The notes under the pieces were generated by a model. That model had not been told where the DNA came from and did not search any database. It saw only the letters and a program-made list of their open reading frames with translations. Of a DNA stretch of 64,000 nucleotides, positions 13,424 to 25,586 are shown piece after piece; the stretch's first letter is position 1, and each line of letters opens with the position of its first letter. The translations under genes and the position numbers were made by a program. The DNA is from Octopus vulgaris (Eukaryota), in contig OX597821.1 in assembly GCA_951406725.2 (NCBI GenBank), positions 92,008,001-92,072,000 on the forward strand, given 5' to 3'.

Positions 13424-14055
13424 AAGAGAATATGGTAAGCAAGGTCTAACTTGGAAAATCAAGCAACATGTCCAAACTGTCTGAGCTGATGTTCCCATCC
13501 TGAATCATGTAATAAGAGGCTTCTGAGTTTCTGAGTTGAGTCATTAGTTGAATATGAAATCCAGTCAATGGTAGCACATAATCCTGCAAAGCATCCTAGA
13601 ACCAAAGGAGTTCAGGCAGCTTTTAAGGGGCCCCAAACAATATCCAAATCTTACAATTATAGAGCAGGAAAGTAAGGACCAGGGACCTAAAAACCCAAAC
13701 CTTTATCCCACTGGCTAATGCTACATAATACATATCAAAAATGCTACCTGCCAGAATGCTGCCTTTTAACTATGTCATGTGAAACAATAAATGGTAATCA
13801 TCTGGCTTTCTTCTGAGACATCTTTCTGCAAGCTACAACTAACTCTGTAGGCAAAGCAGAGACCCAGCCAAGCATCTGACAAAGATGGTGGTACATTAGT
13901 AGAGTGAACAGTGATTTCAGAACTCAGTGACAGGTCTGGAAACGGTGACAGAAAGTGGATAACTATAAAAGCTAAGACACTCTAGAAAGAAAGCATAGCA
14001 TTTGATGTCTCTAGTTTGATGTGCAAAAAGAAATGAGATTTCTAAGTATTGATAC

Positions 14056-14839
14056 TGTAGCAGTAGCAGTTTCAGCCATTTTGAAATGTGGCTGTAGTGG
14101 TCTCTGATATCCTCACTGTTTGAGAGACACGGCAAAAATGATCTTGTTTGAGATTACAGCCATCTTCCGCCGAGTTGTTCCAGTTGTAACCACTAACCTG
14201 ATTGGTTGACATGTGACGCGATTTGTCTCTACTTATTTCGTGCCACTGTCCCAAGCCAACTAATCACGGCCTTTGGTTTCAGCCACTTACTTGTATATAA
14301 GGGAGTGTTTTCAGTATATTTGCATCTTTGGTTCCAGTCCTTGTAAGGACTAACTTCAGACCACAGCGCTACTCAACCCAGCGATATATGATTGCTCCTG
14401 CTACAACTAGCGATGACGCTAATGTACACTCACCACAGAAAGCCTACTATCTTCGCCGTCGCCACCATCATGTACCAACTTCGAATCGCCTCTAACATCT
14501 TCGCCATACAAACTGTAAACCAATTTCCATTATTAACTTTATGCTTTGTACCTTTCTATGTCACACGCATTCGCCCTGATTGTATCTGTCACACACTCGA
14601 ACACACAGACACAAAAACGTGTTGCATACGCACATACGTGCTAACACTTACAAACTTCTAACATCAGCACGATTGTAAATAAAATAATATTTGTCTCTCA
14701 ACCGAAGGCTTGTCGTCAATTCACCTATGTTCTTTTGGTACTGCATTGTATTTATGGCTTATAATAATTCGTTAAGAATATGACCACGTGCGATCGTATT
14801 CCCTACACAATGTGACCACGTGTGTTCATATTTCTTACA
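14056..14839 (+). mobile_element. Solo LTR (probably Gypsy-type)
   Basis: TGTA...TACA termini; 4-bp TSD ATAC (14052-14055, 14840-14843); internal ATTGG (CCAAT) box, TATATAA near 14295 and AATAAA near 14678; richer in CpG than its flanks. Confidence 0.85.
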
Positions 14840-15186
14840 ATACTATGATAATGGAAAGGGTAAAATATTCTTAATTACGAAGCTGAGTGTTTGTATAAAT
14901 CAGGCTGTAATTTGAAATAAGTTTACCTAGAATAACACAGAATAGGTATATAAGCGTAATTCTGAAAGGTGATTAAATAATTGGTATGAGCAGATCAGTA
15001 TGGAGCCTACTTTAAGTGGAAATGAGAGCAGGTTCAGCTATTGAGGTTAATGTTAGAATGATAATGCTCTTCTGAAGATATAAGCAGTGAATGTAAATGA
15101 GGCTTTAAGAATTATTTCTGAGAATGTGAAAATATGAACCTATGTAAATACTATGATGGTTATTAAATTGGATAATCAAAAATGGT

Positions 15187-15550
15187 TTTGACTGTGGCCA
15201 TACTGGAGTACCACCTTTAGTCAAACAAATCGACACCAGGATTTATTCTTCGTAAGCCTAGTATGTATTCTATTGGTCTCTTTGTGAAACTGCTAAGTTA
15301 CAGGGATGAAGGCACACCAACATTAGTTGTCAAGCAATGGTGTGGTGGGGGGACAAACACAGACATACAAACATACACACACATATACAATGGGCTTCTT
15401 TCAGTTTCCGTCTACCAAATCCACACACAAGGCTTTGGTCAACCTGAGGTCATAGTAGAAGACACTTACCCAAGGTACCATGCAGTGGGACTGAACCTGG
15501 AATCATGTGGTTTGTAAGCAAGTTACTTACCACACAGCCATTCTTGTGCC
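15187..15550 (-). mobile_element. SINE family B
   Basis: Homology to other B copies. Confidence 0.88.
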
Positions 15551-15917
15551 TTGACTATGTCATTACAACAGTTGTCATAGAATCGAGACATAGAATAGGT
15601 AAGCAAGATGCATGGTGGGGCACAATCAGAAATCTCACCCTGTTCTGATAAGTTGATTTTGGATTGGTTATCTAGATCCAAACCATTTCTTATTTCATCA
15701 GCCTATGATCAAAGCTGTTCAAGTATTTATCATCCCAGCATTTTTTATATCTATGACCATACTGACCAATGAAGCCTTCATTTTTTAGGATAGGGGAATG
15801 TAATTTTGAAGGGAATTGCTTGTTATTTCTAGTCGGCCTATTACTAGACAAGAGCACCTAAAGTAAATACATGTAATGCTTACTTAGATAAGATGCAGTT
15901 TATATTTATTTATATAG

Positions 15918-16089
15918 AGGAGTGGCTGTGTGGTAAGTAGCTTGCTTACCAACCACATGGTTCTGGGTTCAGTCTCACTGTGTGGCACCTTGGGCAAGTG
16001 TCTTCTACTATAGCCTTGGGCCAACTAAAGACTTGTGAGTGGATTTGATAGACGGAAAATGAAAGAAGCCTGTCGTATTTATGTATATG

Positions 16090-16122
<33 letters not shown>

Positions 16123-16343
16123 CGTGTGTGTTTGTGTGTCTGTGTTTGTCCCCCCAACATCGCTTGACAACCAATGCTGGTGTGTTTATGTCCTTGTAAC
16201 TTAGCAGTTCAGCAAAAGAGACCGATAGAATAAGGATTAGGCTTGCAAAGAATAAATCCTGGGGTCGATTTGCTCAATGAAAGGCAGTGCTCCAGCATGG
16301 CCACAGTCAAATGACTGAAACAAATAAAAGAGTAAAGAGTAAA
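15918..16343 (+). mobile_element. SINE family B
   Basis: Full head, internal microsatellite and tail. Confidence 0.9.
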
Positions 16344-16650
16344 GCGTATACCTGTAAATTTGGATATTATATTTCTAATGAGTCAACTGCAAGAGAGTTC
16401 TTATGAAACTCATGAAAGTAGTGACCAAAGGAGTGGTAAATAAGGTTACTTGAATGATGTAATCATGGGTGGACCATTTGTGAAATAAAGGGTCAGCTGT
16501 AATTATTTATTTATTGGCTACATATTTTATTAGTTGATATTGGGCTAAACAGCGAAATTACAGTGAACAACAAGGAATGAACTCATCACTCTTTGACAAG
16601 TATTTCAGCACTTTAATCTGACACAATTTGCAGTATGAAATTATATAAAT

Positions 16651-17011
16651 ACGGGCCATAGTGCTAGTGCATGCATATACAGCTGCGTGCGTGTGCACAT
16701 ACACGCGAGTACTGTCCAAATCACCGACCAATTACATACAGCTAGCTGGCATTCAATTGGTGTATCAAGTTTCGGGCATTTTGATTGGGTTTTGGATAGA
16801 AAATTCACAAAAAAAGTCACTTCTATTGATATTTTAATGGCTTTGCTGGGTGACTGGGGAAATGTAAAGATGTGTACGACCACCCTTGGATGGTTTTGAA
16901 TGACCATAGAAAGTGCGAGCCCTCTAACTGAAAACTTGTGGATTTGTATAAAGGATACACACACACACACAGACAGACAGACATATTGCTGTTTATATAT
17001 ATAGAGAGAGA
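16651..17011 (-). mobile_element. Non-autonomous Helitron-like element
   Basis: Minus strand begins TCTATATATATAAACAGC followed by (GTCT)n/(GT)n, the architecture of Lep1/DINE-type elements; a CGGG..CTAGT terminal-like motif lies at the other end. Confidence 0.55.
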
Positions 17012-17117
17012 TGAGTTTATATTTCTCTATTATTTCCAAATCTTCTAAAGATTAATATATCTCATAACTGTTGAAATATATGTTTAAAAAAATCACTTAT
17101 TTTATATTTCCTTTCAT

Positions 17118-17164
<47 letters not shown>

Positions 17165-17960
17165 CATATATATATATATTTATTTATTTATTTATTTGTC
17201 TGTTTGGCAGAGAGCTCATTTTGGTCATAGTAGCATAAAACAAACTAAAGGAATTATATTCAGTTTATCCTGTTAGCTAAACACATTATGTTGCAACCGT
17301 TGCTGATGCTGTTATTGTTCTTCGGTGCTATATTCTTACTCTGTTTTTGGTTAATAACAATTAATTATTATTCTTATTAGTATGCTTTTATTTCTGTTAA
17401 CTTTCCCAAGTGAAATTCATAGCTGTGGGGAACGATGAAATATTGACTGTTTGTTTCTTTGTTCACTTATTTCAGAGATTATTTTCTTCATTATTAACCG
17501 TTTTAGGTACTTTCACAACTGCCATGACAGGTACATTAAAAATTACAATAATTTCCTCCTCTCTGCTGAAAAAAAGAAAAAAGAAAAAATGAATAAGAAT
17601 ATAATAAATAAATAAATTAAACGAAAAGGAAAATTTTAATATTGAATATTTATTTTTGAAATAAAACTAAATACATTGGCTTAGTTTTGGTTTTTGTTAC
17701 ATAGTTTAAATTGTTAATACTGTGGGCTGCAATAGAGCATATGTATGCATAATTGTGTTGTGTTTACTTGTGTCTATATAAGAGAGAGATAGAGAGAGAG
17801 AGAGTGAGAGAGAGAGAGAAATAGACAGACAGAGAGAGACAGATAGACAGACAGACACAGAGAGAAAAAGAGAGAGTGTACTGGTCTATGTATCTACATG
17901 TGCGTGTGCATATGTTGTTTGCCTATTACTATATATGTATGTCAGTGTGTGATGTACATA

Positions 17961-18160
17961 TATGTATGTATGTATGTATGTATGCATGTATGTATGTATG
18001 TATGTATGTATGTATGTATGTATGTATGTATGTATGTATGTATGTATGTATGTATGTATGTATGTATGTATGTATGTATGTATGTATGTATGTATGTATG
18101 TATGTATGTATGTATGTATGTATGTATGTATGTATGCATGTATGTATGTATGTATGTATG
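17961..18160. repeat. (TATG)n microsatellite
   Basis: Directly visible. Confidence 0.97.
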
Positions 18161-18313
18161 AATGTAAGTATGTATACATGTATGTGAGTGTCTTTCATCA
18201 GCATGTATTTATACACATACACCTGTATGAGAATTTGTGCTCGCATATATGTCTAAGTATATATATATCTCAGAGTACACATGTTTTTGTATGAGTCTAT
18301 ATATGTATTTATG

Positions 18314-18348
<35 letters not shown>

Positions 18349-18379
18349 TTATGCTTATATATATATATATGTATTTATG

Positions 18380-18410
<31 letters not shown>

Positions 18411-18413
<3 letters not shown>

Positions 18414-18802
18414 TGTAGGAGTGGCTGTGTGGTAATTAGCTTGCTTACCAACCACATGGTTCCGGGTTCGTGGCACCTTGGGCAAGTGTCTTCTACTATA
18501 GCCTCGGGCCGACCAAAGCCTTGTAAGTGGATTTGGTAGACGGAAACTGGAAGAAGCCCATCGTATATATGTATATATATATATATGTGTGTGTGTATAT
18601 GTTTGTGTGTCTGTGTTTGTCCCCCCACCATTGCTTGACAACCGACGGTGGTGTGTTTACATCCCCGTAACTTAGCGGTTCAGCAAAAGAGCTGATAGAA
18701 TAAGTACTAGGCTTACAAAGAATAAGTCCTGGGGTCGGTTTACTCGACTAAAAGGCAGTGCTCCAGCATGGCCGCAGTCAAATGACTGAAACAAGTAAAA
18801 GA

Positions 18803-18803
<1 letters not shown>
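18411..18803 (+). mobile_element. SINE family B
   Basis: Homology to other B copies; small deletion in the head. Confidence 0.9.
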
Positions 18804-18835
<32 letters not shown>

Positions 18836-19099
18836 GTATGTACATCATCCCTGTGTGTGGTGCTCTTATGGCTATGATAACATCTTTAGTATGATATAAT
18901 GTTATTTATGATTAATAAGAACTTGTGTATGTTTCCGTTCATGAGTGTCCTTATCAATATATATCTATAATTGCATGCGATTAGATATATGTTTATATAA
19001 CTTGGTCCTTTCACACTAACCAATGCATATGTGTTTGTTAGAGTATATATACACTTGCCTACAGAGCATGTACCTATTCACCACGTAAATAAGAGGAGG

Positions 19100-19435
19100 A
19101 GACCTCCTTCGGTCATGAATGACCATGGGACTGCACCTAGAAAGTTACCCTCCCAGGCACAAGTCAGGGCAAGATTGTTTATGGAAGACCAACAGTCGCC
19201 CATGCATACCAGCCTCTCCTCTCCACATCACTGAAGTTATCCAAGGGAAAGGCAAAGGCCAATACAGCTTGGCACCAGTGATGTTGCAACTCATTTCTAC
19301 AGCTGAGCTGAACTGGAGCAACGTGAAATAACATGTCTTGCTCAAGAACACAACACACATTCCGGTCCAGGAATTGAACACACAACCCCACGATCGTAAG
19401 CTCTACACTCTAAACACTGAGCTATGTATCTTCAC
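19100..19435 (-). mobile_element. CORE-like SINE family D
   Basis: Homology to 25487-25821. Confidence 0.9.
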
Positions 19436-19667
19436 ACAATGTAAATATATTTGTCTATAAATATCTACGGTCTGTTTTACAGATTTTACCATGTTTAGTT
19501 TAGCATTCATATTTATAATATCACACCTTATTTCAGAAATAACCTCTAGACAATTGCCTTAAGCTAAAGAAATGTACATACTCATGTATGTACACATTTT
19601 GTATATGCCTGCATATGTATGTGTATGTGTGTGTGCATGCATATGTGTATCCACACACACACACATA

Positions 19668-19719
<52 letters not shown>

Positions 19720-19722
<3 letters not shown>

Positions 19723-19875
19723 AGAATTCACGAAAAAAACAAAAGACTAAGACAGGTAGTGTAGAAAACAAACAGATGTATTAGTATAACACTCAAGAAT
19801 TGAAAAAGTCATGTACGTTTTGAGCCTACGCTCTTCTACAGAAAGGGACACAGAAAGAAACAAGGAGAGAAACAA
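19720..19875 (-). mobile_element. Penelope-like element 3' tail with degenerate hammerhead motif, abutting (TA)n
   Basis: Minus strand CTTT-CTGTAGA-AGAGC-GTAG-GCTC-AAAA-CG-TA at 19814-19845; related to 38240-38420 and 46545-46632. Confidence 0.6.
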
Positions 19876-20042
19876 GGTGCAGGTGTGGATGTGTAGTAAG
19901 TAGCTTGCCTACCGACCACATGGTTCTGGTTTCAGTTCCACAGTGTGGCACCTTGGGCAAGTGCCTCCTACTATATCCTCAAGCCAACCAAAGCCTTGTG
20001 AGTTGATTTGGTAGAGGGAAACTGAAAGAAGCTTCTCATATG

Positions 20043-20080
<38 letters not shown>

Positions 20081-20583
20081 GCCAATTGTTTGTATTATAG
20101 TGCATTGTTTTACCATTCATAGTTTTTTATTCTTTATATATATTAGAAATTAAAGAAGGAAAATGCATGCACTTTACATAGTTTTAATATATTTTATATT
20201 GTGTTTGTTGACTAGTTTCGCTTTTGTTAATCTTAACCTTAAAATTTGAATGTCATGATTAGCGAAAGTGAAACCAGTCGACAAACACAATATAAAATAT
20301 ATTAAAAATCATATTAAAACTATATAAAGAGTGTGCATTTTCCTTCTTTAATTTCTAATATATATATATTACAACTCACAATGTGGAGATAATCAAAATT
20401 CCTCCTTTCTGTGTGTGTGTGTTTGTCCCCCTACCATTGCTTGACAACTGATGGTGTTGTGTTTATGTGGCCATAACTTAGCTGTTCGGCAAAAAGAGAC
20501 TGATAGAATAAGTACTAGGATTTGTTCAACTAAAGGCAGTGCTCCAGCATGATCCCAGTCAAATGACTGAATCAAATAAAAGA
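19876..20583 (+). mobile_element. SINE family B split by an insertion in its internal (TA)n
   Basis: 5' half 19876-20040 and 3' half 20409-20583 are collinear with intact B copies. Confidence 0.85.
20136..20368. mobile_element. Fold-back insertion (about 100-bp arms) with hammerhead-like motif
   Basis: Arms are reverse complements; TGTC-ATGATTA-GCGAAAGT-GAAA-CCAG-TC-GACA at 20251-20283. Confidence 0.7.
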
Positions 20584-20584
20584 A

Positions 20585-20803
20585 TGGCCAGTGCATCTGA
20601 CTGGCTCTTGTGCTGGTGGCATGTAAAAAGCATTATCCAAATGTGATTGATGCCAGGGCTGCCTGACTGGTTCTCAGAGTGGTTGGTGTTAGGAAGGGCA
20701 TCCAGCTGTAGAAACATTGCCAGATCAGATTGGAGCCTGGTGGGTGCAGCCACTGGCTTTCTAGCATGGAAAACAGACGTTATATGATGACGATGATGAT
20801 GAG
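20585..20803 (+). mobile_element. SINE-like element family E (AGGAAGGGCATCCAGC motif, (GAT)n tail)
   Basis: Homologous to 34287-34457 and 30125-30210. Confidence 0.8.
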
Positions 20804-20944
20804 GTTATACACACGCACACACATACACATAGATACATATATGTGAGTGTGCATGTGTGTGTGTGTGTATGTATGTACAAGTGAGTGGAAAATTGAAGGA
20901 AAATAGGCATTTGGCACATTTAGTAAGAGTCATATATATTGCTT

Positions 20945-21135
20945 GCAAATTTTGGCACAAGGCTAACAATTTCAGGGGTGAGGATTAAATCAATGTCGTC
21001 AACCTCAGTGCTCAACCCTAAAAGTAGGAAGAGCAAAGGTGACCCTGGCAGAATGTGATCTCAGAATATAAAGATGGGAGAAATGCTGCCAACCATTTTG
21101 CCCAGCATGCTAATGATCCTGCCAGCTCACCAACT
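20945..21135 (-). mobile_element. SINE family C
   Basis: Homology to other C copies. Confidence 0.8.
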
Positions 21136-21171
21136 TAAACTGTTTTGAATAATAATATGCATAACACTTAA

Positions 21172-21403
21172 TGTGGCAAGCTGGCAGAATCATTTAGCTT
21201 GCGAGGTAAAATGCTCAACAACATTTCATCTGTCCTTACATTCTGAGTTCAAATCCTGCCAAGGTTGACTTTGCCTTTCATCTTTTCAGAGTCGATGAAA
21301 TAAGTACCAGTTACACACTGGGGTCGATGTAATTGACTAGCCCATCCACACCCACCCCACCCTGCACAAAATTTCAGTCCTGATGTCTATAGTAGAAAGG
21401 ATT
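21172..21403 (+). mobile_element. SINE family C
   Basis: Homology to other C copies. Confidence 0.85.
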
Positions 21404-21571
21404 ATCTAAAACAGTTTGTTTCAGTCTCATGCCACTTAAAGTTTTGCAGGTTCCTCACAGGAACTTAGCTCATCAGGTTCAAGCAGTCAATTGGCTAGGT
21501 TCCCATGAGGAGCCTATGGAAAATTAAGTTACATGGGACTAAATATAACTGTACAGGTGCCATTTGCAGGA

Positions 21572-21915
21572 CTCGAGTGTCTGTCACGACTATGATTTCA
21601 TTTGGCTTGATGAGTCTTCTTCTCAAGCACAGTATATTCTTTTCTACTCCCGGCCCAAGGCCCAAAACTTTTGGGGAGAGGGGCAGTCAATTAGATCTAC
21701 CCCAATACACAACTGGTACTCAATTTATTAACCCCGAAAGAATGAAAGGCAATGTGGACCTTACCAAAATTTGAACTCAAAACATAAAGACAGATGAAAT
21801 ATTGCTAAATGTTTTGCCAGGCATGCTAAATTTTCTACCAGCTCATCACCTTCAAGCACAGCATGTTATCAAAGTTCTCAGTCATTTGTTATTGCCTCCA
21901 TGAGACCCAATGCTT
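21572..21915 (-). mobile_element. RTE LINE 3' fragment interrupted by a SINE C (21636-21851)
   Basis: Flanks match 30939-31047 and 37350-37450; TSD TCAAGCACAGYAT at 21623-21635 and 21852-21864. Confidence 0.75.
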
Positions 21916-22204
21916 AAAAGGTGTATTTTACGGGCCACCAGAACAGGTGCTAGTTACGTGACACCAGCTAACATTCCTTGAGGATTTAGTATCAATTCCT
22001 ACCAATAGCTAGGTGAAATAAGGTAATGTAAAATAAAGTGTTTTGCCTCAAAACAAAGGAATTCCCATTATTGTTATTTTTTGGCCACAGGTCATTCCGG
22101 TCCTAGAAAACTAAGAATCAAATAACAGGCTACTCATGATCATCTAGTCTTTTATTCAGAGGTATGTATTTAGAACTACATTATTCAATGTATCCTATTT
22201 TTAT

Positions 22205-22445
22205 TGTGGAGGCACGTGGCTTAGTGGTTAGGGTGTCAGCAATCGTAAGATTGTGGTTTCAATTCCTGGACTGGGCGACGCATTGTGTTCTTGAGCAAAA
22301 CACTTCATTTCACGTTGCTCCAGCCCACTCAGCTGGCAAAAATGAGTAATGCTGCGATGGACTGGCATCCCATCCAGCTGGGGAACACATACACCATAGA
22401 AACCAGAAAACCAGGCCCATGAGCCTGGCTTTAAAAGGGTGCATA
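22205..22445 (+). mobile_element. CORE-like SINE family A
   Basis: GTGGAGGCACGTGGCTTAGTGGTTAGGG head; homologous to the 13159 copy. Confidence 0.9.
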
Positions 22446-22707
22446 TATTCATTTATTATTATTTTTATTACGGAAGGATATAAACTAATGTAGTTTTCAC
22501 AACTGTTTCTAACTGGTCCAGTGACAGTATACAGGCTGATTTCTACTTGTTTTATTCCCCTATAGGGAATTTGAACTGAAGAGCAATGAGGTATGAAATT
22601 AATTACCTGAAACCAGCCAGTTTGAAACCATCTTCAGTCCAGATTTGTATTCTTTCAGGATAAAACAAAGATTTAGAAGAAGAATAACCAAAAACTTATG
22701 TGGGAGT

Positions 22708-22793
22708 TAGATAGACATATAGACAGATAGATAGATGGATAGATGGATGGATAGATGGATAGATGGATAGATATATAGAAAGATAGATAAATT

Positions 22794-22846
<53 letters not shown>

Positions 22847-22860
22847 ATTGATAGACAGAC

Positions 22861-22915
<55 letters not shown>

Positions 22916-22960
22916 GAGATAGATAAATTGATAGACAGACAGACAGACAGACAGATAGAC

Positions 22961-23012
<52 letters not shown>

Positions 23013-23165
23013 GGATGGAGAGAGAGAGAGAGAGAGAGAGAGAAAGAAGGAGAGAGAGAGAGAGAGAAAGAAGGAGAGAGAGAGAGAAAGAAGGAGAGAG
23101 AGAGAACGAAGGAGAGAGAGAGAGAAAGAAGGGGAGAGAGAGAGAAAGAAGGAGAGAGAGAGAGA
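22708..23165. repeat. (GATA)n/(GACA)n then (GA)n-derived repeat
   Basis: Directly visible. Confidence 0.95.
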
Positions 23166-23977
23166 AAAGAAAGATTACAAAGATAAATCACAGAACATTT
23201 TGTTATTAAGACATTTGAGTAGGTTTTTGAAATGTTTATTAACCGATTCTACTGTCGCTCATACATCATTTATACTCTTCTAACTCCATCTTAAGCCCCT
23301 GAAATTCCAACATGCCCAAAATCTGTGGCTTACAGCAAACAAAATGATCAAAAATATATATTTAACAAGAAAGTTTTGGTTTGTTGGGTTTTTTTTTTTT
23401 TTAATGGACAAAAATGAAATAAAAACAATTCACAAAAGGAATACGGTAAAATAAAACTTTTAATATAGAACGAAGAAATTAATTATAAACCAATTTATTT
23501 TTCTTCCACCCAAACATATGAGTGTTTATATATACCTTTGTGTTTGCAAATTTAGATTTTTACTTTCGTTTTTTTTTTGATTTTATTTTGTTATTCATAT
23601 TTTATAGGATTTTGGTTTTGTATTTCAAAATATTCTCCAATAATCAATATTTGTCAAGTATTTCCTGGAAGGGTTTTTGGAAATTTTCGTTCTTTTTTTT
23701 TAATGTATTTTTTTTTATATGTTTCTATTGTTTTCTTGCTTTCACTTCCTTTTTCTTTCTTTCCGCCTTTCTCTTTTTTCCCCCCCCTTACTACAACTTC
23801 TACAGAAAACTCTTAGCTTCTGACTCTTTCTTTTTCATCTTCTTTCATTTACCCCTCAAGCTTTCTCTCTCTCCTAACCTCTTGCTCTCCCTCAGCTCTC
23901 TCTCCTAACCTCTTGCTCTCCCTCAGCTTTAACTTTCGTTTCTGTTTCCTCTTTTTTTTTAAGCAATCTTCTCTCCT

Positions 23978-24012
<35 letters not shown>

Positions 24013-24551
24013 TTTTAATCTGTCTTTCTATCTGTTGTTATCCTTCCTCAATTTTGCAATAAATTTCTGTATAATTTTTACATTTTCCAACTTTTTTAAC
24101 ATTTTCTTCTTCATTTGATCATATTCTTCCTGTCTTCCTGTCGTCCTCTCTCTACCCCCCCCCCCCCTTCACCTCGATATTTTTTCTGTATCTTTTCTTA
24201 CACACGTCCTCTCTCTCTACCTTCCTGTTTTTATCCCATTCCCTCCTTCCTCGCCATATCATTCTCTTTCGCTGTTAATCTAACTTTCTATATTTTCATC
24301 CCAGTTTTCATTGTATCTGTCTCTCCTACTCTGTAAACTTCTCCCTGAACTTGTTAATTTTTTTTTTACTCTCTCCCTCACCATGTTTGTTCCTTCCTTC
24401 CTTCCTTCCTTACTTCCTTCCTTTCATACCATTTTTATGAAGAAAAATTGACTTTCTCATTGACATCTGATATTGAAAATGGAAAACAGGAAGTAAATTC
24501 ACATTTTCTTATTAAATCATTTTTTCACATTTTATTTTGTTTCCAATCTTG

Positions 24552-24699
24552 TACATACATATGTATATGTATGTGTGTATGTATGTATGTATGTATGTAT
24601 GTATGTATGTATGTATGTATGTGTGTGTGTATGTATGTATGTATGTACATATGTGTGTATGTGTGTATGTATGTATGTATGTATGCATGTGTGTATGTG

Positions 24700-24731
<32 letters not shown>

Positions 24732-24762
24732 TGTATGTATGTATGTGTATGTGTATATGTGT
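24552..24762. repeat. (TATG)n/(TG)n microsatellite
   Basis: Directly visible. Confidence 0.95.
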
Positions 24763-25197
24763 GTTTGTTTACGTTAATGAATGTGTGTGTGAATGTCAGC
24801 GTATATATTTCCTATTTGGAATGTTTATTTCAGTTTAGAAAGTTTTAAGTAGTTCAAAAAATTTATAATCTTCTAGTTGTTATTACTACTACTACTACTT
24901 GTTATATAGCACTGCAAGAGATGGACACCTCACAAATCAAATCCGTGAGGCTATTTCAATTCTCATTTGAAGAAAAGGGCAAAGTCCCTTAAAAATAATT
25001 CTTGATATCATGGAGAAAAGCAAGAACATCCTACAATCCAAATTCTTTCGTCAGTAAATTTTCAACTTTACAAAAACGAATGAAAATAACAACCATATAT
25101 CTTCTGAGTAAACTTATCATTGATTCATGAGGATTATTCAAGCTTATGAGTTACAAAGTAATACAGTATTATACTAGTACTGGTATAATAACAGAGT

Positions 25198-25586
25198 ACA
25201 TGCTGTAAAGTGATTGATGAATGAACAAAGTTAAGAGGGTAAGAGGAACCATTAAATCTGGTCAATGACATAGCATCATTAGCATCGGTGTCATAATAAT
25301 TGGTGTCATGGGTCAGTGGTTAGAATGTCGAGCTTACGATCGTGAGGTTGTGAGTTTGAATCCCTGACCGGGCTGAGTGTTGTGTTCTTGAGCAAGACAT
25401 GCTGTGAAGTGATTGATGAATGAACAAAGTTAAGAGTGTAAGAGGAACCATTAAATCTGGTTGAGGACATAACAACATCATTAGCATTGGTGTCATGGCT
25501 CAGTGGTTAGAGCGTCAAACTTATGATCGTGCGGTTGTGAGTTCGAATCCCTGACCGGGCTGCATGTTGTGTTCTTGAGCAAGACA
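25198..25586. repeat. Tandem duplication of about 199 bp (unique flank plus SINE head)
   Basis: ACATGCTGT.AAGTGATTGATGAATGAACAAAG... starts at 25198 and again at 25397. Confidence 0.9.

Noticed and set aside
25487-25560. tRNA gene
   Set aside because: A/B boxes continue into SINE body; no proper acceptor stem. The same applies to the other SINE heads
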